DNA of 64,000 nt from the NCBI RefSeq assembly GCF_036321535.1, contig NC_087436.1, forward strand, positions 116,190,001 through 116,254,000, read 5' to 3'. Shown here in pieces: positions 1 through 12,799 of the stretch (within the stretch, counting starts at the first letter, position 1; each line of letters opens with the position of its first letter). The position numbers and the translations under genes are program-made. The notes under the pieces are model-generated. The model did no database searches, was not told where the DNA came from, and was given only the letters and a program-made list of their open reading frames with translations. Source of the stretch: Camelus dromedarius (Eukaryota).

Positions 1-509
1 TAATTCTCAGGAAATTTTATTTTCTAGACTGACTCAATTTTTTGGAATTGGTAAGACTTGGCTCATTTAAACTTTTACATTTAGAATGATACAATTCGTG
101 ATGGATTCTTTTGTTGCAATGAAGTACATCTTCCTGCGTTCTAAGACGGGAAAAAAAAGCAACTCTTTTCTGAAAAATTATTTTCGTGTCATGAGATCTT
201 GTGGGACCTTCGTATGTACCGTTAAGCTGCATTGGAATGCAGCGGTCCCATAAGGGTTCATTTAGGTGAGTTAGACCTTACCTTTGATTGCTCTGTGGTA
301 CAGAGATTGTTTTTTTGGAATTTCTGTTTCATCTTAGAGACAGCGTTTTATAAGGCTTCCATTCTTGGAGGATTCCTTTTCTAAATAAATCTTTTAAAAT
401 CTTTCGCTACACAACACTTCATCTCCTGGTTATAAACTTATCTTTCGGGTTGACAAGAACTGGGGTCTTTATGTTTTGGATAACGACATCACAGGATCCA
501 TGCCTTTAT

Positions 510-727
510 GTTCACGTGGTGTTATCCCTGCGTACCTGTCTCTAAATTTCCTCTTCTTTTAAGGATACCAGTCATACTGTATTAGAGCCCACCCTAATGA
601 CCTCATTTAACTTAATTGCCTCTGAAGAACCTATCTTCAAGTACAGTCACAGTCTGAGGTGCTGGAGAATTAGAACTTCAAGATATGAATTTTGGGGAGA
701 GAGACAGAGACAATTCAGCTTATAACA
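510..727 (-). mobile_element. MLT1A/B/C-type MaLR LTR, 5' half
   Basis: taaggataccagtcat...cccaccctaatgacctcatttaacttaat...tatgaattttgggg...cagcttataaca matches the reverse complement of the MLT1A-C LTR 5' part. Confidence 0.8.
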
Positions 728-1589
728 TCTGGCATTTCCAATGAGCAGCTCTAGCACTGGGATGGGGTCCCCTGACCTTTCCCTTGTCTCGGTCACCTCA
801 TCTGTGAGAGGAAGCAGAGAATGCGCACCTCTCAGGACGCGTGTGAGAGTTTCTGACCATCTATGGGCAAGTGCTTTTTGAATGTCTAAGTGTTATCCGT
901 GGATATTAGGCCAGAGAGGTGCCACCAGACCTCAATAGGACATATGTGTGAGAGCAGAGGGGAGTCGTCAGGGCACCTGCACTTCAAATCCTAATAAGGC
1001 ACATGAACAGTTTTTGATAAGCCCCTACCACGTGCTGGTATGAGTCTAGTTGAACTTATGGGGCACTCATGTTTGCGTGGTTCTGTCTGCAAAGGGCTGA
1101 GTGGGTTGAGCTGCAAGTATTGACTTGCTCACAATGGACTTGTTCCTTTTATTGACTGAAATTTGAGGAGGAGGCAAATGCACTGGGGGAGTCCTGGCCA
1201 CAGCCATAGTCACCGCCTGCAGGCTAAACTTAGAAATGGAACAGTCTGGAGCAGAAGCTAAGGGAACTTCTCTCTAGAAGCATGCTGGGGGCCAGAAGTG
1301 TGCACCAAACCCATGTGGGCACCAGAGGGTTGTGTAGGTCTGAAGATGTCTCCCTAGCTGGGCAGGACAGCAGGGATGGGCACCGTAGAACACACACCGG
1401 GAGGAGTGGGCACCAGTGACCTTGAGCCTGGATGTCAGCAGCTCAGAAATTTCCCAGAAATAATATTGCAGTGGAGTGGGCATGTTAAAGGGAACTGAGG
1501 TCCTGTGATTATGCTGGAAAGCTAGGTAACTAATGCTCATGGGATCTCATCTGTATCTCTAAGCTGCCAAGACTGGAGAGGTTTCATGT

Positions 1590-1740
1590 TTTTCATTTAA
1601 TTTCAACCTTATAAAAACCTGTGAGGTTGTTATCTTGCCCCATTTTAAGAATGAGGAGACAGAATCTTCAAATAAGCTATTTGTCTGCCTAAGTAGTTCC
1701 CAAATGATTCCTGCATCCCCTGCACAGTCTGGGCCACGTG
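1590..1740 (-). mobile_element. MIR SINE fragment
   Basis: aacctgtgaggt...ccccattttaagaatgaggagacaga is the reverse MIR core. Confidence 0.6.
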
Positions 1741-1831
1741 TAGCTGCCACTTGTTCTTATTTTGTACCAGATATTTTCTTTAAGTTGATTTCCTTTTACT
1801 TAGAGTTGTCTTGGGAAATCAAAGGCATACC

Positions 1832-2050
1832 ATAATATATATATATTATATATATTTTAAATGGACATCAAAATAAATACTATTAAATTATTATTTATTA
1901 TAGTAAATTATTTTTTAAAAATTAAAAATCATTATTCATTTTTATTTTATAATATATATTTTGACTTAAATATAAACACATAGAAATATTTAACAATCGT
2001 AAAAATATTTGCTAAAATATTATTAAATTATTTAAAAATTTTTTGAAAAG
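1832..2050. repeat. AT-rich low-complexity tract
   Basis: Almost pure A/T with (TA)n and attatt runs. Confidence 0.8.
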
Positions 2051-2829
2051 TAATGAAGATGTTCTGGACAGCCCCTCCTCTGGAGATGTGGAGTCAGGAA
2101 AGAAGCTCCTGGATGTGGGATTGACTCTACCTGCCATCACCGTCCCCCAGCCCTGACTTCAGTCTCCTTGTTCTTACCCTTGGCATTTACACAGGCTCCT
2201 TTCTTCTCATTTTAACAAAAGATCCCATAATCTCATGCCCTGGCCTATTAACATCTCTTTGCTTTTTAGTGAAACGTTTCCTAAGGATTTCCTGGGCAGC
2301 CAGCCTCTATTTCTTCACATTTCCCTCATTCCTCAATCCAGAGGTGTATCTGGATGCTATCCCTAGCCCTCTCCTTCACGGTCCCTGCATTTTGACATCT
2401 ATCTTACAGGTGGTCCCTACCATGGTTGACCTCTCCCACCATACTCTCCTGTGTAGAGGGCTCCATTTCTTAGCATCCACGCTACTTGACTCAGGGGCTT
2501 GTCTCCTCTCTGCCGCCTCCATTGGACCCCAAGCAGAGTGAGGCAGGGAAGATGTCTGCTTCTTTCAGCATCCAGGCACCTGGCAGTGAAACCCCGTGGG
2601 GGAAGGAAATTTTGATTCTTCCAGATTCCTAGATTCCATTCTCTGAGGTGGGATCAACATTGAAACAGAAGCAGTGGACTGCGTCACACTTTGAAGTTTC
2701 TTAGATCATATCCAAGCTCCGAAATTTTTAGTTGGAAATCTTCAAATGCTCTGTGAAAAGCTGATCCTGATTCTGTGACTCTCCTGAGTAATAAGGAAGT
2801 TGATTTCTTCAGTTCTGGAAACACCACGG

Positions 2830-2950
2830 CTAAGAGCCACGCCTGGGAATCAGACCAACCTGGGTTGTAATTTCAGCCCTACCAAGCAGTAGACAGTGAC
2901 CAGGGTCAAGGGGAATCCTGGCTTCCTCATTCTTTCTTGATGAAAATAGC
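2830..2950 (+). mobile_element. MIR SINE fragment
   Basis: taagagc...aatcagaccaacctgggttgtaatttcagc...gtgacc. Confidence 0.55.
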
Positions 2951-3018
2951 AGCCACCTAGTCAACACTGACATAGTACCCACCTGCTATTATTAAGCTAA
3001 GAGAAATGAGATTGTGTA

Positions 3019-3596
3019 CAGCCAGTTTTGCTCCCATGTGCCCTACAAGTCCCTAAAAATCATTACATGATGAACAATCATGCAATAAAAACCACAGGGC
3101 TTAAGGAAAAAAAAATGGTTATTGGCCCAGCACAGGAAACCTTCATTACTGACACATTTAAAGGAAAAAAGATAGGGACTTAATAAAAATGGTGGCACCA
3201 TTTTACACACAGTAAGTCGATAAGAAATAAAATTTACTTCAGTAAATATGGCCCTTGACCTTCAAAAGACCTGAAGTTTAGATATGGTGAGTGATCAGGA
3301 AGTGGGAAAGAGAGGTCTGAAGTCGGATGGGAAGTCCGAACGTGGGATATGGGTGGGAGAGTGTGGGTCAGGGCACACACGATGGGCCTGGGAGCTGCTG
3401 GATGTCTGTGGTGTGTTTTGTGTGCGTCTCATATATGTCTCTGTTCATGTGGACACAGTTGTCTTTGGTTAATGTTTCTTGTGGACAGAATTCCACCAAG
3501 TAAACACAAAATTGGTGTTATGGGCAAACTGTTCCCCGACAAATCAATTGTGTTGGAAAACATTTGAGTTATAAAAGTCAGCATGAGCACGAGCTG
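3019..3596 (-). mobile_element. Tigger13a-like TcMar-Tigger DNA transposon, near full length
   Basis: TA|CAG...CTG|TA termini (TA TSD at 3017-18 and 3597-98); internal motifs gcaataaaaaccacagggctta, taataaaaatggtggcac, aaaagacctgaagttt and aaactgttccc match the Tigger13a reverse strand. Confidence 0.8.
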
Positions 3597-4169
3597 TAAA
3601 TAGAGCACTACCATGTCCCTGGCCTGCAGTGAACAGCCGGGAAGCACTCGCTCTCTTTCCTTACTTTTTCCCTCTGCTAAAATCTGATCTTGAAGGCGGG
3701 CACTGTGTTTTGCTTGCCTTGTGCCCCCAGGGACTGGCACTCACTAGCCAATCAGTACGTGTGGTCAGATGGCAAGAGTAGGGCAAGGCTGCAGCCTCTG
3801 GGGAAGGGGTGCTGCATCTGACAGGTACTTAATCACAGGGGACGACGCAGGAACTCTGATGCCTCATGGCCCACAAGTTAGAGCAGGTCCAGCTGATCCA
3901 GTGCTGGACCTTCAGGTAGAGAGGCAGCATTACTCACAGTGGGAGGTGGAGGACGCCAGAGGGAAGACATAGCCATGTTGTGGCTCCCCTGGGGCAAATG
4001 AGAAGTTTCCACAAGGTGACATTGCCACAGATCTGGTAAATGACAGATTCAGGTCTTGATCTTGGTCAGAATGGGTCCCAGGTCCATGCTTCTTCCTTTA
4101 AGTCCCCGCTTACCAATGTCTATGACAAAATCCATCAAATCTACAAGGTACTACCAGAGTGCAGTGAAA

Positions 4170-4330
4170 TTTCTGCCTGACATTTAACCAGTCATCCTAT
4201 TTAACCCTCAAAACCAGCATGTTATATAAGAGTATTTTTCTTATTTTACAGATAAAAAAATTAGCTCAGAGAAGGAAAGTGACTGGCCCCTGGGTGCACA
4301 GGAGGACATGGAGAGCCAGCTCTGTGCTCC
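4170..4330 (-). mobile_element. MIR SINE fragment
   Basis: tttaaccctca...attttacagataaaaaaattagctcagagaagg...gtgactggccc. Confidence 0.65.
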
Positions 4331-4784
4331 TCACCTAGTTCAGGGCAAGGAGCACAGGCTGCCCGTCCTGCAGGGCGGGGGAGGATGGATGAGGGAGTAG
4401 GTAATAAATGCCAGCTCCGGCAGCTCTTGGCGGAAGGCACCAGTGCACACCATCACTCTGCTCCTTCCCTAATAGAAGCATAAATACGGCCCTTCCCTGC
4501 AATGAGCCATTTCCTTGGCTCTGCTGACACAATGGGAAATATCCTCAGTGAAGAAATTAAATATTGGTGTCACAGGACTATTAGAGGAACAAATGGCATT
4601 GCACACTTCCTCCACCCTCCTCTTGCCGACTCTCCATCTTCTCTCAGGCTGACATGAAGCCCTGTGCAGAAAGGAGAGATTTTTGAGATGCTTAGGACTT
4701 GGCTTTGCAAGGTAATTCATTAATTTCCTGATTTGACACACTTTTATTTGAAAAGTGTGAGGTTTAACCTGGAGTTTATGATTC

Positions 4785-5015
4785 ACATGTTTGAGGTCAA
4801 GTCTGGGCTCTGCTTCTGAGTCACTGTGAACTTGGGGAGGTTACTTAATCTCTCTGAGCTCCAGGTGCCTCTGGACCTGTCTCGTCATCTGTGAAATGAA
4901 GAGCATCATCATCACTATAATCATCATCATGAAAATACCACCTTCACTGGGTTATTCTGAGGATGAACTGTGTCAGCATCCAAAGTCTAGGGCATGGAGT
5001 ATGCGAACACTCAGG
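4785..5015 (+). mobile_element. MIR SINE
   Basis: ggctctgc...ctgtgaacttgggg.ggttacttaatctctctgagc...tcatctgtgaaatg. Confidence 0.7.
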
Positions 5016-5808
5016 AATGAGATTTTATTTTCATTCCTAGGTGGTCCTGGAGTGTGTGCTCAGAGATGTGAGAAACACAGACATTGCCAGGGGTTACTTC
5101 TCTTCTCAAGGGTTCCACTGTCTGGCAGACACGGGGACCCATGTGCCTGACTCCCCAGCCTGTATCTCAGAGATTAATCACCTTTTGGAGTGTGAAGGAC
5201 CTTTTTAAGAATCTAACTGTTTTGCAACCACCACAGGAAAGTGTTTATAAATTTAGTACCCACGTATTGAAAAAAATACAAGACTGTCATGTATTCATCA
5301 AAATGTAAAATGCATCTGGATATTATTCCACAAAACATCATGAATATGCATTTGAAAAAAATATTAGAACTTATAAAAGGCAAGGCAATTTTTGGGGGAT
5401 GGAGACAATGCATAGTATAAGCATGGGCTCAGGAACTCTTGTGATCACTCTATGCCTCCATTCCCATGGGCTACAGGTGGAGAATTTTGCCAAAACAAAA
5501 CAAAACAAAAACCAAAAAACAGAAAAACAGTCCCAGAGGGACACTTGCATCCTTTGCCTCTTGAGGAAAAGCTAGACTGATCATCCCATTTTGTGATGAT
5601 GAGATGAAACTCACATAGGCATGATGTCTCCAAAGTTGCACAGGGATACCCATGGTCTCAAGTACATGCACAGAGGGTTAGTGAGTCATTTAGGAATAGA
5701 GGGTGGGGCTGCTCCCCAAATGTAATAGTACTGATCAGTCCCATGGATAGGAAAGAGAACTGTAAAAATTAATGCACTTTGGTAAGATCACCAAAATTTA
5801 ACCAGTTA

Positions 5809-6800
5809 ATTTCTGGAATATACAAACAGGTCATACAAATTAATAACAAAACAAGCAAGCAACCCAATCCAAAAATGGGCAGAAGACCTAAACAAGGAAT
5901 TATCCAACGAAGACATACAAATGGCCAATAGGCACATGGAAGAATGCTCAATGTCACTAATTATCAGAGAAATGCAAATCAAAGCTACAATCCAAATTAG
6001 CTATCATTCAAAAGTCCACAAATGATAAATGCTGGAGAGGGTGTGGAGAAAAGAGAACCCTCCTACACTGCTGGTGGGAATGGAGTTTGGTGCAGCCATT
6101 ATGAAAAACAGTATGGAGAGTCCTCAAAAAACTAAAAACAGACTTATGATAATCATCCAGCAATCCCACCCTTGGGCATATATCTGGAGGGGACTCTAAT
6201 TCAAAAACATACATGCACCCCGATGTTCACAGAAGCACTATATGCAATAGCCAAGACATGGAAGCAACCTAAATGTCTATCAACTGATGACTGAGTAAAG
6301 AAGTTGTGATACATTTATACAATGGAATACTACTCACCCATAAAAAAGAATAAAATAATGCCATTTGCAGCAACATGGATGGACCTGGAGATCATCATTC
6401 TAAGTGAAGTAAGCCAGAAAAAGAAAGAACAATACCATATGTTGAATCGAGGAAAAAGAAAAAAAGAGGACACTAATGAGCTCATCTACAAAAGAAACAG
6501 ACTTGCAGACATACTAAACAATCTTATGGTTACTAGAGACAGGGGGTGGGAAGGAAAAAATTTGGGAGTTTGAGATTTGCAAATGTTAGGCATTATATAT
6601 AAAAATAGATTTAAATAAATTCTGTATAGCACAGGGAACTATATTCAATATCTTGTAATGATCTTTAATGAAAAAGAATATGAAAACAAATACATGTATG
6701 TATATGCATGACTGGGACATTATGCTGTACACCAGAAATTGACACATTGTAACTGACTATACTTCAATTTAAAAAGAAAAGAGAGAAAAGCAAAAAAAAT
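5809..6800 (+). mobile_element. 5'-truncated L1 (ORF2 C-terminus, 3'UTR, A-tail), cetartiodactyl/camelid type
   Basis: ORF 6322 reads MEYYSPIKKNKIMPFAATWMDLEIIILSEVSQ (L1 ORF2 end); 3'UTR ends ...actgactatacttcaa then an A-rich tail; diverged TSD aaaatttaaccagtta (5793-5808) / aaaattaacaagtca (6796-6810). Confidence 0.95.
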
Positions 6801-7199
6801 TAACAAGTCATCTCTCAAGTGAGTGGGGCATGCTCAGCTCCATTGAGAAAGGAGAAATAATAGCCTGGCAACCCAATTTACACTAGATTTATTAATTTTT
6901 GCTTTTACTTTGGCTCAAAAATGTACATATGTGGCAAAGCTTAACATCTAAAGGGTCGCTGAAGTAGAAAGCAGAGCTTTTGGGGTAGGCATGGGAGTAT
7001 AAAACTCATCTGGAGGTCAAGTTTTAGTTTTCAATCTTGACTGATGCTCAAGATGTTTATATGAGGACATAAGGACGTATCTAATGTGGTTTCTGATGGT
7101 GCAGATTCAACATTCCGGGTGGGGGCTCATGCCACGCAGCAAAAGATCACTTACAAACACCAGATTCTATGTGTTGAAGGTATTGCTGTCATACCCACC

Positions 7200-7808
7200 C
7201 CAAGCTCTCATTTCTCACTGTGGGCACAAGAATAGCCTCCTAATTGGTTTCAGTTCCATCATCTCCCTTCCCCTGACCCCATGGCCATCTTCCACCATCT
7301 ATGCAAAAACCAGACGGGGCTTTTAAACTTATCAGATCACACTACTGGGACCTCTGCTGACCTGGCTGCAAAGCCCTCTTTAATCCGAGTCCCACCTTCT
7401 TCTCTGACCTGACGTGAACCTCCACCTCCGTTGCTCACTGGTTTTACCTGCAGTACCTCAAAAACCCCAACGTGGGGCATTCTTCTCACCATTTGGATTT
7501 TAGCTTCAGAGTCATTTCCTGTGAAAGGCCTGTGCTCACCCCTGCCTCTCACGTGCAGGTGCTGACATAGCCATTTTCTGTCACATTCCTTTATTGTATT
7601 GTCTTCCAAGCAGTTGCCCCTATCTGAACTTACCCTGTTTATTTACTTGCTAATTTTTATATTGCCTGTAGACACCCTACTATTAAGAAGGCTCTGTGAG
7701 ATGCAGAACCTCGTCTGTCTTGGTTACAACAAACTCCCAGTGCCTGGAGTGTGGAAGGTAGGCAGTAAACACGTGTTGAATGAATGACTGAATGAGTGAG
7801 TGAGTGAA
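7200..7808 (+). mobile_element. L2 LINE 3' region
   Basis: ctctgtgagatgcagaacc...cccagtgcctgg...gtaggcagtaaacacgtgttgaatgaatga tail. Confidence 0.75.
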
Positions 7809-8269
7809 ATGACTTTAGTAGATCTATAAGGGTTTGGGATGGTCTGGGGGAATCTGGGAAGCCTTTATAAACGAAGAGAAGCTAGATGCTGGTGGAAACA
7901 TGAATGGCTCACTATGTAAATGTGTTCAGCTGCTACAACTGAGTCAGTTTATCTTTGTGACCTCCTTGATTTCTCACAGCCACTACCAGCACAACATCAG
8001 CATGGCCATTTCAGATCAAATCAAACCCCAAGGTTATCAGCTAAGCCTATGAAGTGAAGTTGAGAGGACAGGGGTTGAGAGAGGGAAATGGGGTCAATCT
8101 CTGCTTTGGGGTGGGTTCCAGGAACTCACAAATTCTTCCCCATCCATAGCACTGTTGAGCCTTTGCAACGGCTCTGAGAGGTGGTCAACTGAACAGGGCA
8201 CAGAGACAAACCCAGCAGGAAAGAGCTGGCACAGGACACGTAGGTGACATTTCTGCTTCTCTCATACTT

Positions 8270-8430
8270 ACCTGAAGGGTTTGGTGACATAATTGAGTCA
8301 CTTTGTGCCTCAGTTTCCTCTTCTGAAATGAAGAGGAGCATAATCTCATAGAGTGGAAGTGAGGATTAAGTAAATCAGCGCAGGTAAGGTAGTTAGCATG
8401 GCACTTGACACATAGAAAGTGAACAGTTCA
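8270..8430 (+). mobile_element. MIR SINE
   Basis: ctttgtgcctcagtttcctcttctgaaatg...gtgaggattaagtaa...ttagcatggcacttgacacatag. Confidence 0.75.
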
Positions 8431-8939
8431 AACTTGTTACATTGTCGTTCAGAGAGTGATGAGACTCATTGAAGGTCGTATAATGAGCAAGTGGCAGAAA
8501 TACGACTCAAACGCAGACTTGTAAGTCTCTAAAGCTGAGTGTTGCCATTGAGCCATGGGACTGCTCTCCCCCTGGGGACTCAGTTCTGAGAGTCAACTGC
8601 ATGTAATTTATACACTTGGACCATTCCTTGCCATTTTCATGTGTGCATGTTTATTTTCCTCAATGGAGCGATAGGCACCTGGAAGGCAAAGACTGCCTAT
8701 CTGTACTCAGGGCTCACCGTTTGGTAAGTCCCAACACATCTTGTCAGTTCATAGACTTCCACTTAAGCTATGTCTAAAACCATGCACTCTCCTTATTGCC
8801 CCAGTGATTCTGAAGGTGAGTTTACCTCTAAGCCAATTGCATTGGTGTCCTCATGTCATACATCATTTAGCCATTTTAGCCATTCAGGTTCTTCATCTTT
8901 ATAATAAAGAGCTCAGTAAGTCATCCTAGGTCCTCCATG

Positions 8940-8999
8940 TGGTCTCTAAGCCACTAAATTAATGGCAATTTGTTACAGCAGCAACAGGGAGCTTATACA
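8940..8999 (+). mobile_element. MLT1 LTR 3' terminal fragment
   Basis: taagccactaaatt..tggcaatttgttacagcagcaacagg...ataca. Confidence 0.6.
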
Positions 9000-9737
9000 T
9001 GGAGTCAGGAATAATAAAAAAAAATCATTTCAGTGATGAGGAAACTAGGTCTCAGAAGGGTTAATTGTCAAAGATCACAAGGCCAAGAAAAGGCAGAAGT
9101 AGTGTCCTAGTTAAAGGATGCAAATTCACTCTCCAATATTGCTCATTCTGTGAACTGATTTTTTGCTTGAACTGAAAGGAGTTTCATGTCAATTTATTTT
9201 GCTCCCTTTTCTTGGCAACATTATGCAGTAGGCATGCCCACCAATATGTCATTCTTTGCCATATAAATGAGAATGGAGAGATGTTTTACTCCTGCCAAAA
9301 AACCTAAAGGAGTGAGGGGAAAACACTGGTTATTCACATCTCAATGAAATTAGAGAGTCTGAGTTTAAAAATTAGATTGGGTGATAAAAAGCACATTCTT
9401 CGTAAATATTTAACCTCTGCCAGCATGACAGTAATTAGAGAACTGAATGGAGCACACTGCTGGCAGTGGGCTGCCCTGATTTCTGAAAGAAAGTCCTCTT
9501 TCTGCAGCTTTATAATCCTATGAGAAATAAATGATTGAAGTCCAAGAAAATGAAATTCTGAATCAGCTACCAACATTTTACTTGAAATGCCCCCCAAAAT
9601 GATGCTTTTTAAGTTGTTGAACTCCTAGCAAATATGCCTTCGATTTTAAGGTTACAACGGACCTGAAAGCTGTATATAGTCATCACAAAGAGTTATCCCA
9701 TTTCATTCTTATACATTCATTCACTATGCCTCTCGTG

Positions 9738-10235
9738 GCGGATTGATTTCAATAACGGTTCCTATTTGTTCAAGCCTCCTTGAATGCACATGTCTTGGTA
9801 ATGCCCTTCAGCATCTCCTCTGACTCTAGTCTTGGCCATGTGATTTCCTGTGGTCAAAAGTAGTAGCAAACATGAGGCAAGACTTGAAAAGTGCTTGCAC
9901 ATTAGGGCTTGTCCTCTTCCCTGTCTTGGAATCCTGAATGCCACAATCTTGGACAAGTCTATTAGATGATAAAAGGCATGCAGTCCAGTTGTCTTATCAA
10001 CCTAGATGGCAGCAGGTCAACAGGCACATGTGAAATGTGGCCATCTTACAGTATCCAGGCCCAGAAAACCATCAGCTGACTGACCATTAATACAGACAAG
10101 CCTAGCCTAGCAGAATCATCTGGTTGAACCCAACCCAACTTGCCAATCTGCAGGATCAAGAATGAAACATATATATTGTTTTATGTCCCTAGGTTTTAGA
10201 TTGGTGTGTTATGCAGCAAAGCAAAACTAAGAAAC
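9738..10235 (+). mobile_element. MLT1G/H-type MaLR solo LTR
   Basis: cttggccatgtgatt...gacttgaaaagtgcttgcacattagggcttgtcctc; 3' end ttgttttat...gtgttatgcagcaa. Confidence 0.75.
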
Positions 10236-10439
10236 TTCTCATCAGAATTCAAGCACGCTCTTGGGTCTTCACTGTTAACATTAACACCCTAAAATAATAT
10301 AAGCAGAAGGAAACAAACCCAGAGCATCCTAAAGGCAGCTGCTTTACAGCAACAAATCCACACCACTGAAGGGGAGAAGCACATTCCGTGGTCACTAGCT
10401 GTCTTTACCATACTCCTTACACACTAGATCTGCCCCAGG

Positions 10440-10565
10440 TTTACTTGTACTACCATGTTTCTTGAAAAGGTTGCCACATATCTATTCTTTCATTTCTAGT
10501 CATTCTTTTTTTCACTTCAGTCTGGTTTCCACCCCTACCACTTCACTGAAACTTTCTTACTGAAG
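10440..10565 (+). mobile_element. L2 fragment 1 (continues at 12651 and 13466)
   Basis: cagtctggtttccacccctaccacttcactgaaact is a conserved L2 ORF2 segment. Confidence 0.75.
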
Positions 10566-12650
10566 ATTTGATTAGGATGCTAACATTTAGTGACGAGCAA
10601 CAGAAACCCAAATTAAATCCAAATTGAATAACTCACAAACTAAAAAGAAAAGTGATAAATAGAATACAGAGTATCTCACAGAACCCAAGAATGGAGTCCA
10701 CCAAAACCTTGGCCATCCCTAGAACCATGTCTTTCATTCTTTGGGTCTCTCCACATGTTTCCTTCGTTTCTTCTCTCTTGCTGCAAGCTGATTGTCTCTG
10801 TATGTGACTCTGAAAGACAGAAAAAAATGGTAGAAGTCAGAATCCTCTGGGTTGCATCACTCCAGTTAAAGAGAGTAGCCAGTCCTAAATGTCATCTCTC
10901 AGGTGGATTTCATATTCCCTGAGTATCTTTTTAACTGGCCTAACTTGAGGAAGACACCAATTTATGAACTGACTAGTTGTGATCAGGGTTTGGGGTCTCA
11001 CTGGGTAATCGCACAGAATCCCGCCTGATAACCATGCCACTAGATTGGGGAGGGAGGGACAGATCTCAGAAAAGCAGAAATCCCCAGGAATGTGGTAGAT
11101 GCTATGTAGACAAAGCAGTGGGTGTTCACTAGACTTACCTCTTGGTTTTCAATTACATATTCTTTTCACAAACATAATTTCAAAACTTTCCTACTCTACA
11201 TAACTAAAAATCTGAACTATCTCTTTGATAAAGGGGTGAGATGCGTGGCCAGTCATAAGGCTGCACCCAACAATGTCCATTGGGATGATTTCTTTTGCAT
11301 ATAAAACTTCCAGGCTTGGAAGTATTTATTATCTATTGTAGACTGTTGCCATGCTATGAACCAGATCTAACTGAGTGCTTGGGAAAGACTTTCCCACTTT
11401 AGAAGGAAGACTTTAATACATTGGTCCCATAAGATGAGGGGCATAAGCAGAAGTCCTTTGGAGAGACATGCTGGTTCAGGTTGTCTTAAGTCATCTGACA
11501 CCTTCCAGTTATCCCTAATCCATATTTCCATTTCCATTATTACAGTTACCTGGAGTCTCAGATCTCTAGGAACAGAAAATCCCCTTCTTACTAAAGATAG
11601 GTTCTTGTCCTGATATTCAATTTTTTGCTTTAAGGAAGAACAGCTTGAAATGGAGAATATTTCTCTTATAGGATCTTATAGAATGCCATCAATAACTACA
11701 CACACGGTATAATGACTTGATAAAATGCTTTAAGCATTAGCCTTCTTACACACATCCAAGCCCCCAAATCAACAGATAACAGCTTACATGATTAGTCCAC
11801 TTCAACACAACAAGAATGGCAAGCTTCCTAGTCCAGAATGAATATGTTGTCATTGCTTCCACTGCCCAATACCCTGCCAGTTATAAGCATCTGCTACTTA
11901 TAATAGGTCTTGTGGTGAATGTATAGTCTCGTGGTTAAGAGTATGGAGTGAGGATATAGAATATACATGTTAATTCCTAGCTCTGCTGTATGCTGGCTGC
12001 ATGACTTTAAACAAGTTACTTGACCTCCAAATGCCTCACTTTCCCTGTCTAAAATGAGCTAATAATACGGCTATTGTGAGGATAGAAGTAGACCAAATAG
12101 TGTGTGACTTTTTCATAATATGTGTTAACTATCATAGCATGAATTTATTTATTCTAAATACTATTTTTATAAATAACAAAGTCATACCTGAAATAACTGA
12201 GGCAAAAATGACATAGATTTGCGGAAACCGAGATCAGAATGAAGTTAGAAATTTGGAAGAGTTGGGCACTCAAACTCATACACCATCATACATTCTTGCT
12301 GCAGAAAGTTTTTCACTTTTCTATAGACGGGATGGAGCAAAAATGGCCACAGTCAACACTTTCTCGGTTTACTTCTCCTTAATTCAAGATACCAGTCGAG
12401 CTTAGCTTGAATATTGATTTAATTCCCAATTGCCAGCTAAGTATTCTTATGGGCCTGGTGCTTTTCCTTGACTCAGTCAACTATGGCCAGGAGTTGGGAT
12501 GAAGTTGTACCAGTGGGCATCTCCCAGAGTAACCATAGAGGTTGAGTAGGGAGGAAAGAGATTTTTTTTTTACAAAGGGACAAAAGTGAAGAGAACAGTT
12601 CCCCATGAAGAGGAGTACTGTGTGAGGAAAAGAACAAACTTGTCTACCAC
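10566..12650 (-). mobile_element. Probable degraded MaLR (MLT1K/L-like) provirus: LTR (~10566-11132), internal region, LTR (~12200-12650)
   Basis: Two same-orientation MLT1K/L-like segments ending gtgttcactaga and ttgtctaccaca; the flanking L2 is continuous across the block. Confidence 0.55.
11915..12100 (+). mobile_element. MIR SINE
   Basis: gtggttaagagtatgg...cctagctctgc...atgactttaaacaagttacttgacctc. Confidence 0.75.
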
Positions 12651-12780
12651 AGACTCAACAACTTTGTGGCAAAATCTAAAAACACTTTTTAGTCTTCATT
12701 TGGCTTGATTTTTCAGGAGTTGCCAAAATTCACCAAATTCCTTCAAAATATTGCCTTTCCTTGGAGATTGTGAGATTTTT
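12651..12780 (+). mobile_element. L2 fragment 2
   Basis: gcaaaatctaaaaacactttttagtcttcatttggcttga resembles L2 gccaaatccaatggtcacttctcagtcctcatcttacttga. Confidence 0.55.
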
Positions 12781-12799
12781 TTTTTCTTGTGGTGCTTTT

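Noticed and set aside
6322..6573. ORF with L1 ORF2 C-terminal motifs (also 13227, 51588 and 56259)
   Set aside because: Fragments of truncated, mutated L1 copies, not functional CDS.
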